DNA from: Oikopleura dioica
Lineage: Eukaryota > Animalia > Chordata
Assembly (NCBI GenBank): GCA_907165135.1
Contig: OU015566.1
Coordinates: 8,246,001-8,310,000 of the forward strand
Length of the DNA stretch: 64,000 bases
Reading direction: 5' to 3'
The notes below the pieces were generated by a model. It had not been told where the DNA came from. It was given only the letters and a program-made list of their open reading frames with translations, and did no database searches. Made by a program: the position numbers and the translations under genes. How positions within the stretch are numbered: the stretch's first letter is position 1; every line of letters starts with the position of its first letter. Of the stretch, positions 9,701-22,716 are shown piece by piece.

Positions 9701-12700
9701 AATTTCAAGCCCTGGAATAGCGAGCTCAAAGGATTCCCGTTCTTTATCGTCGAGTCGATATGCATAGCGTTCTTTACGCTAGAACTGATTCTACGACTGT
9801 TCTCGTGTCCCTCGATAAGGACTTTTTGCATGACGCCGCTGAACATTGTGGATATCGTAGCGATCTTGCCATTTTATACTTCCTTACTGAGAAAGGGTAT
9901 TGAATCGCTCTGAGATATAAAAAGCTTTTTCTTTCTTGCTTCTCTCCTTATTCTCGCTACTTTCCGCCCTTACGTATTCTCCACCCACTTTAGCGTCCGG
10001 TATACGATAGATGTCTACCGTCAACCAGCGCATACATATAATCATCCTGTCTAACAAGTGGCTGAATCCCCTAGTCCTTATTATGCAAATTGCGCACTAC
10101 AAATAATTATCAAAGAAGGACGCTACTCGTAATAACAACATGTTTTCTCCCGTGTCGTCGGAAATCTTAACGAGTGAGATCCCCCGTAATGTTTCCTCAT
10201 CCTATTTCCGATACTAAGGTTCTACTTCAGGGATCGCACACGTTTTGCATCCGAATGACATCCACTTAATTTTTTTTGAACTGATATTTTGAAAATATAA
10301 AAAGGAAGAATTACTCTTCAATTTTTTAAATAAGATCGGGACGAAGAAACTTTTCATTCAAAAAATTGAGCAATTTGTTTTTATTTAATTTCAAGAAATT
10401 TTACTACCAGATACATTAATTTCCACCACGTTTTATTTCTTTCATAATTTTCCGGTTAGCAATTATTTTTTGAATAAGAAACTCGACTGAACACATTGTC
10501 GTATTGTTTATTTCGAGTTGGTTAGTTTAATTCTGCCCGGTGTTTGATGATAACAAGATTGAGCTTTCAATTCAATATCCCTCGCCAGATTGATATAAAA
10601 TATGTTGTGGACGAAAACTCGGAGAAGAGATACAGTACGAATCACGTTGCTTTCTTGGTTGTCTTAAGGAACCCGGTGCAAAACGTGGCCATAACTACTA
10701 GTAATAAATAGAATTTATCGAGTTATGGACGCCCATAACTTCAAGTTGCCATGGTTGGACTTTTTGAACACACTTCTTTATCTATCGATCAATCGAGCTC
10801 GCGGAAACCATGAAATTCAGCATTACATTATCTTGCGTTTTAGAGAAGTGCTGCACCCAAGACAAGGATTATTCGTATACTACGAGTTGTTCGCCTCGCC
10901 AAGCTCAGGACTGGTTCGAAAAAAGTAGCTTAGCTTCAATTTGAATCGATCAAAGTTCGAACTCAAACAAAAGCCGTCATTCCCGTAATTTAAACGCGCT
11001 CATCAAGGCATGGCTTCACTGATCTTGGGAAGAGAGCTCTTCCTTTAGTTCAACAGCCGGCGCGTAAAATAGCTCAAGCTTATTATAGATCAATTAGATA
11101 CGGTAAAGTGACAGATCGAGTGTTTGATTTACCGGTGAGAGTTAAATAAACTCAAGCCGCCGTAAATCCAAACATCGAATCAGCGGAATTCAAACGAAAA
11201 CTAGGTTTGAGAAGCCCAAAAATAAGACCATCACAACATCAGTCAAGGAGTTTTCTTTCCTCATCCTATTCTTTATCGTCTCTATGGTCATATTCTCCAC
11301 AGTCATGTATTTCATCGAAAGGGACTTCAACGAGGGTTTCTCATCAATTCCTGCAGCCTGTTGGTGGTGCGTTGTAACGATGACTACAGTAATTGAGCTC
11401 GAAATAATATGAGGCGATCAGTCTTTTTGAAAATGTTTTTAACAAAGAAAAAACTTAACAAATGAACCTATACGAGGGGCAAAACTTTGCTCAAATCGAT
11501 GTTGACACCCATAAGGGAGAGTAAACCTTCACGAAATTATACTGAGCTCATTTATCAGTAGGCTACGGTGACGTAGTGCCAATATCTGCGCTTGGTAAAT
11601 GTGTCGACAGGGATCTTTCATCAAATAATGACCACATTATTGAAACCATATTATTTCATCAATACTAATTTCTATTTTGAGCCATGTTTTCACCACTCTA
11701 ATCTAAGCATGAAACGATTGAAAGATCCCGTGACAAGGCTTCGTTTGCGCAATGACAGGAGTAATATGTGTGGCCCTTCCTGTTCCTAGGCCCGGTTCTA
11801 AATTATTGAGTTTCTCTTATCTAACCATAGCTTTGCATTTAATCTTGGTTCATGGAAATTTTCAAAGTACATGTCTGTCAGTTAGACTATCTTACTGAAT
11901 GAGAGATAGTTTAATATTTCTGCAACGTAAACTTTTAGGACCAAATTTGAACCGTTTTACTAAGCATCGTTCAAAACTTCCACCGCATCTATCAAGAAGA
12001 CAGGATAAAGGTACCGGTGACCTCATGACTGAACACTAAGCATTCAATAAACCCCCGATATTGTTTTTTAAAAGCTAAAAACGAGGGACACCGCGTCGTA
12101 GAATCCGATTGAGGTGGCCGATCTGCTCAAAGATGATCCGGATCTTGTTCAGCGGCTCAAGCATAGATTCGTGCACTCTTGTATTAACCGGGATTAAACT
12201 GTCAACACACGCCAGGTTTTTCGCGTTTTAGTCACTTTCTTTTAATCGAATATTAGATAAGCGCCTCACTATAGACTACAGCTTTCTCGAATATATTGAA
12301 CCTCAAAAATATTAGAAATATTCAATCAAAGTTCTCCTTATTCGCGAAAATTGCCAAATTGACCAAAATTTCAGCCCTCAAAATTTAAATATTTGGCTTT
12401 TAGACTACCCCAATAATCGTTGACAATTAATTCATAATACGGTATTATTAATACCCCTTAGTGAGGGTGTGGCCAAAACACAAATACGAAAAAATACTGT
12501 GCCTTTTGTGTAAATTATAAAATAAAAGATAAACGAACGCACCTGTTTTGACGGAATACTTGAAAGTATGATGGATTGCTTGAACCAGTTCTTCTAAACT
12601 TGCTGGAGCGTCGCCGGGCGCAAGTCGTATTTTGAAGTCTTAATTTGAGGTTTCGAATTTTCCGGTGTCACTGATTAGAAAGACGGGATTAGGATTGAAC

Positions 12701-13675
12701 TATTCAATTAAATAATCAACCGTTCCTTTAAAATCAAACATATCGCGTGGGTGATGAAAGTCTAATACTTTTTTCGATCGGTCGTTGGAGTCCTAATTCC
12801 TCGTTCTACAACTTGTCAGCTTTTCGAGTATCTTTGGAGCTCCCATAATGCTGTAGTAGAGAATGTGAGGAAATTCACATGAATTTCTAAAATTTTACGG
12901 GAACCGCGGATTAACGACATGGGAGTCTTTTTTCAGGATTCAGGGCATTCGCAGATTATGCTCATTTTTGTTGCGATGTGTGTTTTTTGAGAACGAGGTC
13001 CTTTAGGTAGTTGAGAATCTCGTTCAAGACGCTCTTGAGAAATAAATCGGTAGATTCAGCAGTCGCACAGTAGGGCATCAAGTCTTAAATTGCTTGTTAT
13101 GACAGGAAATACTATAGTCTAATCGGAATTTAATGATCTTTCAATTAATATGGTCTTCCGCTCGAAATGAAAGGGATGAATGCTGGCTTCATTTTAGATC
13201 AATTCCAACGTTTAAAAATCGAATTGTTATTTAACAAGATACAAGCGGCGATAACGATTCTAGCTCCGGAATGGCTCTGCAGCCGATAAAGTTATCCAAG
13301 ATGTTGAGCTCCTTGAATTTATGTAATATTCACATGGATAGCAGACAGTTCAGAAACGTGAAGTCAAAACATCAATGAAGACAAATATTGGGATCGACCT
13401 TTCTTCGACAAATTGCGGTCGACAATTGGCGGTTTATCCCGTTTTGACACATATCCGCATAATATGAATATCTTATAACCTGTTTTTCAAGTCTCATTAT
13501 CTGCGGTTCTCTTGTACTCAGTTACAGAATCGATATCTGTCGTGAGAAATTAAGGGAAACTTATCATGAACGCGAGTGTCTTTGATTAATTATTTGATTA
13601 AAATTCGATCCTTTATAAAATATTTATTACTGTACCTTTGAAAGTTTTCACTTGAAGCTCCTTGGGGTCAGCCAT
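3726..13675 (-). CDS. GAD: Glutamate decarboxylase (PLP-dependent, GAD1/GAD2 family), multi-exon; 3' exons lie left of the window; start codon tentative
   Basis: Exons translate as [20 protein letters not shown] (~13000-13070), [12 protein letters not shown] (~12730-12790), [19 protein letters not shown] (12543-12640), [16 protein letters not shown] (7755-7845), [34 protein letters not shown] (PLP lysine, ~4570-4650), [20 protein letters not shown] and [12 protein letters not shown]. Confidence 0.9.
8582..12112 (+). CDS. Voltage-gated potassium channel alpha subunit, Shaker superfamily (Kv1-like T1 domain); 3' end approximate
   Basis: T1 domain [20 protein letters not shown]; S1-S3 at 9500-9900; S4 [14 protein letters not shown] (~10868-10910); S5 and pore WWCVVTMTT|VGYGD (11230-11600); S6 [15 protein letters not shown]. 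Confidence 0.88.
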
Positions 13676-14284
13676 CTTAGTTTATTCTTCAGATTAGTAG
13701 AAAGTGAATTTACTGATCTGTTTTTCTTACGAAAAAACGGAAGTAATAATTTGCCTAGTAAACACGATATATAATCAGGACTATATAGTTTATATTCTCT
13801 TCTTTGCTCAAAGCGTGTATAACGAGTTCACAACTGTAAGTGATCCGCGTGTCGTCATCGGACAGAAGTCCTCGGACAGTCTGCATATTGTTGCGCCATC
13901 GTGTGGACTCCCCTTAATATTGTTTGACATATTTTGAATGAGGAATATTCTCTTTGTGAGGGGTTACATCAGTATTGAGCGAATTTGGATAATTATCCAG
14001 GCTCAGTCGATGGAGTCGATTATGACTCTTTTCTGAATTTTCAATTGCAGCGAGTATTCCTAATTTCACTATTCTTAATCGATCATTCTTTCCGACGCCA
14101 ATACGGTTTGCAACAAAAAGATATGCATATTTAACAAGTGTTATTTGCAGGATACAGTATGTCACTGTAATCATCTGATCAACTTCTATTGGCTCCCATT
14201 ATTCAGTAATCTTTTTTCGAGCCGGATTTAATCCATCAAAATTTGCGAAAATCATTTGCTCAGTTGAACTGGAAAGAGCGTTGT

Positions 14285-15432
14285 CATAAAACAGACGCGT
14301 TTTCGGAAAATCTCATCATTGGAAAATTGCTTTCCAGTGCTCGCGAATAACAGATTACGCCAAGCTAAAAAGGACGAAATGCCAGAGACGGCGGGAGGCT
14401 CGTACAGAAAGGGAGATAAGATTTGCTTCGGTAAGTGGAACACTCTTTTGAACAACGAACGTCGAATTTTCAAAGAGAGAGAGAGACCAAGTTTGTAATT
14501 TATCTATTCTTCAGACTTTCAACCACGCTCGTCGACTCATACCTTCATAGGAACCGTTATTGTGATGCATTGAGAGCTATTTGTCTTTATTCAACTCTTC
14601 TGAACTCCTTGTTTTTCGCTTTTAGAATATCTACTAATTTATATAGCTAAATGAGCATATCAAAAGATGGCCTAGATAAGGACTTCGGTTAATGATAATG
14701 ATGACTTTTAATTAAATTTCTCAAATATTTACGGTTCTTTAAAACAAAAAAAGATGTCTAGAATCTAAACGATCTTTAGTTTCAAACCGAGGGTAAATTT
14801 GTTTTCGCCTCGTTGAACCAAAACAGTAATAGTTACCTTTAGTTAAAAACCGCTATAATTGCCGCCTATTTATTTAATAACATTGGAAAAAGTGAAGACA
14901 GCGCTGCGGGTTTACAGCAACACGGAGCTGGAAGATATGGCGATCGCTGATGAATGCCACTGCGAGTCATGAGTCGCAGAATCGTTTTGAGAAAACGTTC
15001 CATTTGGCCTTATCAGTTTGGCTAACAACAAGCTGATAGCCTTATAAAATTTTCCTGTTAAACTCTTTAAAAATAGCGATATTAAACGTGGCTATCTTAT
15101 TTAGAATGTCGACACTTTCGCATCAGATACAGAAGAGCAAGGGTTTTGGCTCTGTTTCGCAGAAACCACGAAAGGTTTCTTACGATTATTACTTTTTAAA
15201 ACTTAAAAATAAATTGAGAGCTTCGAAGAAGACCCTTGCATCGAAAACACTCCACTCCGATCTTACCAAGAGTATGATTTATAATCACAATAAAGGCTTA
15301 TACAAGTTCAGTGTTTCCATCATGGCAAAAGTGCGCTCAAAGACTACCGTAGTCCTCCATGATGTCGAAGTCACGGGCACTTGCGTTTGCGACGAGCAAC
15401 CTCAGCATGGAATCAATGTGAAGAAATTATAG
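14285..15432 (+). CDS. Possible spliced gene of unknown function with two C-x-C-ending segments
   Basis: Open segments flanked by splice-like sites read ENCFPV..GDKICF, VKTALRVYSNTELEDMAIADECHC and FSVSIMAK..VVLHDVEVTGTCVC. Exon linkage is uncertain. Confidence 0.3.
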
Positions 15433-15623
15433 ATCATTCTGCTTGAATAAAGCGAAATTCTTTCAGAATATAATTTTCAATTTTCCTTTTTAGAATTAAA
15501 AAAGGAAAATTCCTTGTTTGTTCAAATAGCAAATTCAAATAACGCAAATATAGACTCATCAGGTCAGCAGCTCGCATCTCGTTTTCACAGTATTTTTTCC
15601 TAACGGTTTTTAGTTTTTCAATA

Positions 15624-17366
15624 ATGAGTTCTTGTTTCCTTGAAAATGGGAGGTACAGACTTGTAGAGAAGTTCAAGACAAGAGAAGTCCCAAACATCGG
15701 TCTTTATCCGCAATTCGACAATCCGATCCCTCTCTATGAAACCGTCAAAGCGCAAGCGATTCAGAAGAATAAGTTTGTCATGATCAAGGGGACATTCGAC
15801 AGAGGCCAGGTCGTCAAAGACTTCGCTCTTGAGCAAGCTGCTCAACTTCAAAATGCCAGTAAGCAACCGATAAAAATATTTTTAGTAATTTTACATTTAG
15901 ATCATCCAAATTTGCTGAATTACATCGATCATTTTATCGAAGAACCATCTTGGGGCCCTCATCCTAACTCAAACATGATATTCCTCGTGACCGAATATGC
16001 AGAAGGAGGCACATTACGAGAGTTCCTCGATGACACCAAGCGAGCCAACCGAAAACTCGATCTGAAAACAATCGGTCTGATAGCTGCGCAAATTATCATC
16101 GCGCTAGAATTCTGCCATGGAAGAGGTTTCAGCCACGAAGAACTTGAGCCGGCAAACGTTTTTCTTTGCAAAGATAAGATATGCGTATGCAACCAAATAA
16201 AGATATCTCATTGTCAACGCTACATTATTTTAGGTGAAGCTTGGCAACCTTGGCAGTGCGTCTCATTTGCCGGATAGTATCTACAATCCGGACGAGTTCA
16301 TCAAAGTTCCATATGAAACACCACAAGAGATTCGTGGGGATAAGTTATCGAAGAAGAATTCTAGCTCCGATATTTTCCGGTTTGGGATGATTCTCCAAGA
16401 GATGATCACCCTTCGACACGCTTTTTACACCCCATATGGCGGAAATAATGACTTGAATGAGCTTAGTAAGTGCTCGTTTTCGACAAAATCAATAAAAACT
16501 TAATAAGGAGACAATATTTTAATGGGATCTCGAGACAATGTGCGTGTTGGAAGAGGCGCTGATGTTGATGATTTCAAGGACCTGCTAAAAGTCGCTGAAA
16601 AATGCCTAAATAAGGATCCAATTCTTCGGCCTACTGCAGGAGACCTCGCTAGCGATCCATCCTTTGCCGAGTACATCGACCAGCTCAAACGACGCACAAC
16701 TATCACCGCTGCCGACCTTTTGCGAAACGAAAACATTATTCCTGCTGCGATCCGAAATCGAATTGCCCCTAGAAAACCACCTATCCGCAATTTCGGCCTA
16801 CAAGACAAGCACTTCAAAATCTTTCAAAAGCTGAAAGCGGAGGGCTGGTTCACGGATACTGACGAGTTTGATGGAAGACCGACAATTCATAAGCGAGAAA
16901 AGCTCATTCCGATGGTGTTGGAAGGTGGTTTGCAGAAATTCAATCTCAAGGAAAGTTGCGAAGCAGAACTTTGTTTACAAAAGAGTCTTTTTGGGAGTAA
17001 AAATTAACAACTGAAATAAAGAGCCCTTACGATTTCGATGTGTCTCATGGAAGCTTCAGGGTTGTCGGAGTGGACAATCCAATCGCAAATGAAAGGAAAA
17101 CAAAGAATGACTACTCTCTTACTATCTGTAACAAAGGTAAAGTAAAAAAAGTATATGATGAAAATAATCCTCTATTAGAGGGGAAGCAAAGGTTCAAGGC
17201 AAAACTCGAGTTGGTTGATAGCGAAACTGGTGAAATTCAAAAGAAAACCTCAATTATTGAAAGTAAGGACGACACAAGAGGAGGGCAACAAACCACGTGG
17301 CAATTTAAAGTTCCAGATAGACCATATTTCAAACGAATTTCCGTGGAACTACTTCACGATACTTGA
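15624..17366 (+). CDS. Protein kinase-fold protein (NEK-like), predicted pseudokinase, with unknown C-terminal domain
   Basis: LDHPNLLNY, FLVTEYAEGGTL, HEELEPANVFL, VKLGNLG, SDIFRFGMIL and KCLNKDPILRPTA; several short introns. Confidence 0.8.
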
Positions 17367-17868
17367 GTTGAAATCAGCGAAGACTAATGTAAAAAATGAG
17401 CCCCTGTATTTTGATGATTACTTTTGCCTAATAAATTTCTGAACAATGAATCAATTCTTTTGAGAAATGCTTTTCGAATGCAACTTTTCGAATGATAACT
17501 AGTGTAGCCTCCTATGAAAAGCAACATATCAGCCAATTTTTGAAAGCGTTGAAAAGGTCAATTGTCCAATTTAAAAGGGCAGAAAAGCCGCTTAAAGTGC
17601 CTCCTTATGAAATCGATTCTTTGTTTGTCTGAACAAATGTTTCATTTATTGCTAAATTAATTGGCTATTAATTTATGTTATTAATTAAATTTTTTTCAAA
17701 AAAAGACCAAAACTTGTGAATTTTGCTTAGTTTTCCTCGTTTTTTTTTATTTCGATTGAACTATCAATCTTGCATATTTTGATAGATCAGTTTGATGACC
17801 CAGTTGCAAATTGCGATTCTTCCATTATCAGTGATTTTTTGCTTCGCTGTATGAAGCGGCGCTGTTCG

Positions 17869-17925
17869 ATTGGCCGTTTCGAGACGGAGGCAAGCGAATC
17901 GAGCCGCTCCATTTTTGGTGACGTG
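17869..17925. promoter_or_regulatory. Possible calreticulin promoter elements (inverted CCAAT box; TGACGTG UPRE/CRE-like)
   Basis: ATTGG at 17869-17873 and TGACGTG at 17919-17925, within 170 nt upstream of the CALR ATG. Confidence 0.3.
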
Positions 17926-18038
17926 TTCGAGTGGCGTTTTTGAAAGAAAGCAGCTTCGGAACACACTCGTCGAATCCCCAAGTCGATCGGAGTCAGCTCT
18001 TTCTCGAGCATCCTTTGAAGAGAACAACAACGAAGATC

Positions 18039-20416
18039 ATGAAGATCGCCCCAGCGCTCTTGTCACTGCAGCTTCCGAAGTCCTCTGGAAGGAAGACTTC
18101 TCCCAAGGTAGCTAAACAGCTCTAGAAACACGCATACATGAAATACTACAGCATGCCCCTGGGCGCGCTTTGAACTGTTTTATGCCGGGATAGAATACTT
18201 GAACCTATCAACGGTTATTTGTACATTGGTTTTAAAATTGGTGTTATTGTAGAAATCCAGCATCGAAAGACAAAATTAAATTCATTATTTCTTATCAAAA
18301 ACTAAATTTCGACCAGGAGAAAAGGGGATTAGGTGGATTTTCAAAGATGGATTATTTTTTAATTTTATTTATATCTAAATACGATTAAAGCCTTTCAATT
18401 TTCCTTTTTATCAGATTCGGATGATGATTTTCTTCGCCGAAATACGGAAAATCAAATTTCCTGTAGCTGTAAAAACACTTCATTGAGAATTTCCTTTCAC
18501 AAATTCGAATTTTCGAATTTGAATGGTACAATGCTTTAGTCAATCATTGACCTTTCCGCCGTGAACGCCGGAGAAATTAATTGGGTATTAAAAAAGCGGG
18601 CCAAATTTGCTAAATAAATATTTGAAAGTTTGAAACCAACGTCGACCCATTGCCAAGGCGACTTTCGAAAGCCACAAAATTATCTAATCGCAACTTTAGA
18701 CGGCTGGGAGTCCCGATGGGTCCAGTCGAGCCACAAGGACGATTATGGCAAGTTCGAGCTCGCCACCGGCAAATGGAACGAGATCAAGGGTCTCAAGACT
18801 TCCCAGGACGCCAAGTTCTACGCCCTCTCCGCCAGCCACGAAAGCTTCTCCAACAAGGACAAGACCCTTGTCGTTCAATTCACAGTTCAGCATCAGCAGA
18901 AAATCGACTGCGGAGGTGGTTACGTTAAGGTACGTTCACTTCTTTTATTTATTTTTCTATACACACACATTGCCCCTTTTTTACCTACTCGAGCGTAAAA
19001 TTATTTCAGCAAAGAAATTATAAATTTATTATCCAACCACAGAAGACTTTGATCAATAATAATATTCTCACTCTTGCCAAGAGAATAATTAAAGCCCATA
19101 AAATCGAATAATCACAGCCACAGATGACATTGTCAATTCTTGCTGAACCACTTTTCGTTGACGCTTTTTTTCTTCAAAAGCTTTTTTGGCGCGCTGCCCG
19201 ATAAACCAATTGCATTTGCAATTATCTTGGCTAAACATAATCTCGAGGCGTTTCTAATTTCATCTTGCTTTTTATAGCTCTTCCCCTCTACCGTTACCGG
19301 CGATGACATGCACGGTGACTCTGAGTACAACATTATGTTCGGCCCCGACATTTGCGGATACAGCACCAAGCGCATCCACGTCATCTTCAACTACAAGGGA
19401 AAGAACCATTTGATCAAGAAGGACGTCAAGTGCAAGGATGACGAACTCACCCACATTTACACCCTCGTCGTTACTCCAGACAACAAATACAAGGTAAACT
19501 TCTTTACCAGTTCCCACGGATTGAAATCAAGGAAAAGCATATTGTGCAAAGATTCATCTTTCCAATTTAGGTCCTCGTTGATAACGAAGAAACCGCCTCC
19601 GGAGCTCTCGAAGAGGACTGGGACTTCCTCCCAGCCAAGAAAATCAAGGATCCAGAAGCTTCCAAGCCTTCCCAAGAAGGTAACTTTCATCTATAATTTT
19701 CTCTTTCTGAAATCGCCACTAGAATGGGACGAGCGAGAAGAGATCCCCGACCCAGACGACACCAAGCCCGAGGACTGGGACAAGCCAGAGCACATTGCCG
19801 ACCCCGACGCCGAGATGCCCGATGATTGGGACGAGGAAATGGACGGCGAGTGGGAGCCACCAATGGTTGACAACCCAGACTACAAAGGTACCGCGTACTT
19901 TCATCCTTCTTGTCTAACCCCTCCCAAGGCGAGTGGAAGCCAAAGAACATCAAGAACCCCGCCTACAAAGGAAAGTGGGTGCACCCAGAAATCGACAACC
20001 CAGAATACTCCCCCGATGATTCCATCTACGCTTATGACGATTTCGGTCGAGTCGGTCTCGATCTCTGGCAGGTGAGATAAAAACAGAAGATAACTGAATC
20101 TAACCACTTCCAAGGTCAAAGCCGGAACTGTCTTCTCCAACTTCCTCATGACCGACAGCGAAGAGGAAGCCGCTGCCGAAGCCGCAGAGATTCTTAAACT
20201 TATGGAAGCCGAACAAGCTGCCAAGAAGGCCGAGGAGGATGCCAAGGCCGCCGAGAGCGACGACGATGAAGACGGAGAAGATGACTTCGTAAGGCGCCTC
20301 CTTGAATACAGTCATTAAAACTTTCTTTTCAGGACGAGGACGAACTCGGAGACCTCGATGACTACGACGATGAAGACCTTGACGACATCATGGACGAGAT
20401 CAAGGACGAATTGTAA
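18039..20416 (+). CDS. CALR: Calreticulin (apparent 1-nt frameshift in the signal-peptide exon)
   Basis: [41 protein letters not shown]-domain repeats [10 protein letters not shown] and [13 protein letters not shown], acidic tail ending KDEL-stop. Confidence 0.95.
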
Positions 20417-21292
20417 ATCGCCTCCCTTCCTTCTTCATAAAAAACCTAACTTCTCGAAACAACACCATCGAGGAGCGGCCTTGTTTTCCGAGCTTTGCTG
20501 CCCACTTACTTTTTCTGTTACAATCTTGTTCGTTTCCATCCTTCGAGTCTGTCGGCAGTCAAAGTCTCAACCACTTTTTAGCAAAAAATTTGTACAGTAC
20601 TCTTCGTTCCTCTCAAAAAAACAACCAAAAACGTGCAATCTAAAATCGGTCCCCGACAAAATATGAAAATAAAATATTTAATTCAACTTATCTCATCATT
20701 ATCGACAATTACGTAATATTTAATTATCAATGCCGACTGTAGCAACCCGCTGCATGTTACTTTTAAGCATTTCCTGTCAACTTCCTTCCTTCTGTTCAAC
20801 AACTGTAGGAGATTTCATAACAACACACATGCAGCACATAGAATATGTAGAATAAATTGATATTCAACAAAAACAAAAATCGTCCAATTTCGAATTCAGT
20901 CCTTTCTCAAACCAGAAAAAAGAGGGATTAACAGAGAGCGTCATTTCTAGAATGGAACATCGTTGACTTTATTTTTGCGGCGCGCGTAGCGATTGGATGA
21001 AACGCGCAAAAAGCGCAGCGAGATTGGACTAGCGCGCCAAATAAGAGAAACGAGTGCCTCAAGAAACCATAATTATCCCTCTTTGGGCGGGTTGCTGTTT
21101 TGTTAAAATCGTGAAAAAATCATAACTGAATCAATGATGAACTTATAATTAGATGAACGTAAAAAATGCCTGAACTTGCAACTGAAACATATTTTGTCGA
21201 TTAACTTACCTGTGGTTCATCTTTTTCTGATATTTTACAATAATAACGAACGTATTTTTCCCGGACTCTCAAGTAATTTTATCACTATTTAG

Positions 21293-21894
21293 ATGGGTTT
21301 CTTCCTTCCCTACCTCCAGGTCGCTCGAAGCGCCGGAAAGTCCACTTTCCCCGCTGCCGTCGCTGGTCAGGCCGCTTATGGACTCCCCCTCGGTAAGAAT
21401 TCCTCGATTTTCCATTTTCTAATGCGCCTTTTTAGCCAAGTACCCCGTCCAGTGGGTCGCTCCCAAGGAAGAGCCCTCCATGTACCTCGCCGACTCCCTC
21501 TACCCTAAGCCCGGCTACCAGACGTCCAAGATGCTCATCCCCCGACAGTTCGTAAGTCCAATGCTCGACAAAGCAAAGTAGCTCTATTAAAACGCTCTTT
21601 AGCTTTCTTACCCCACCAACAACGGAACCTTCTACGGCAGCTGGCGATACGCTGAGCTCCGAAAGAACCAGTGGCTCTGGTGGACTACCCTTACCGTCAT
21701 CATGATCACTCTCATCCGAGCCGGTGAAGGTGGATCCCTCAACAAGTCGTGGCGAGGACACAACGACTCCTACTGGTACCAATCCCCCTTTCTTTCCACC
21801 TTTACAATCCCTCTTTTAGGTACGGAGAGAAGCACGAGCTCCTCCACAAGATCGAAGAGCTCCAGCACAACCTCGGTCGAATGGCCCACTAATT
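21293..21894 (+). CDS. Small 4-exon single-pass membrane protein, unidentified (possibly a mitochondrial inner-membrane complex subunit)
   Basis: Clean GT-AG splicing gives MGFFLPYLQ..KYPVQWVAPK..GSWRYAELRKNQWLWWTTLTVIMITLIRAG..YGEKHELLHKIEELQHNLGRMAH*. Strong C-ending codon bias as in CALR and NACA. Confidence 0.75.
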
Positions 21895-22191
21895 CTAATG
21901 TGGAGAGAAACATCTCTGATCGAAAATCGAAACAAAAAAAAACATGTGATCTCTAAAATTATTTATTAGGAACCTCCAAGGTTCCCGACTTTGCCTTTTT
22001 GGTCCCTCTCTAGAGATAGAAAAAATACAATAAACTCCTTCTGTTCAAGAACCAATCCATATCAAAAATAAACTTTCGAACACTTTTCAAAATCGAGCTT
22101 TTATTTTTGACTTGCGTATCCTTTCATTTGTCCCTTTATCGGCTATTTTCAATCTCTTTTGGCGTTAGAAGGTTTCTTTTTCAGATCTATA

Positions 22192-22547
22192 ATGTCCACG
22201 GCTCACACAATCCTTCTAGTCCAGCCTGATAAGAAAGCGGAAGGTCGAACCTACTCCGATTACCAGTCTGTAAATGACTGTATGGAGGGCGTCTGCCGAA
22301 TCTACGAGGAGCACTTGAAAAAGAGCAACCCTACAAGCAACCAGATTACCTACGACATCGCCCAGGTACCGTGTTCATGTTTGTAGCCCCCTAAAGACGG
22401 CTCTAGCTCTTCGACTTCATCGACGAAATCAATGACATTGCCTGCTTCGTTTACAAGTCCGACGGATCCTCGTACAAGCCCTACAATCGCGAGTGGATCA
22501 AGGAGAAGATCTACATCCTGCTCAAGAGACAAGCCAGTGGTATCTGA
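22192..22547 (+). CDS. ERH: Enhancer of rudimentary homolog
   Basis: [37 protein letters not shown]|[23 protein letters not shown]; one intron. Confidence 0.97.
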
Positions 22548-22716
22548 TGATTTCCGATGTAAAAAAAAACTTCCTCCATTTTGAGACGACCCGACCATCC
22601 GATGATTCTCTACTGCCCCTATTGGAATCTGAAACATTATTCGCTGAAAATATAATTCTTTCTGAAGACAAGAGAAATTAAGACACTGGCGTAAACGTTA
22701 GTTTCTTAATAAAAAT

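Noticed and set aside
14943-15003. CTGATGA...GAAAACGTTC resembling a second hammerhead
   Set aside because: The hairpin is not adjacent to the core boxes, there is no stem I complement, and the sequence overlaps a probable exon.
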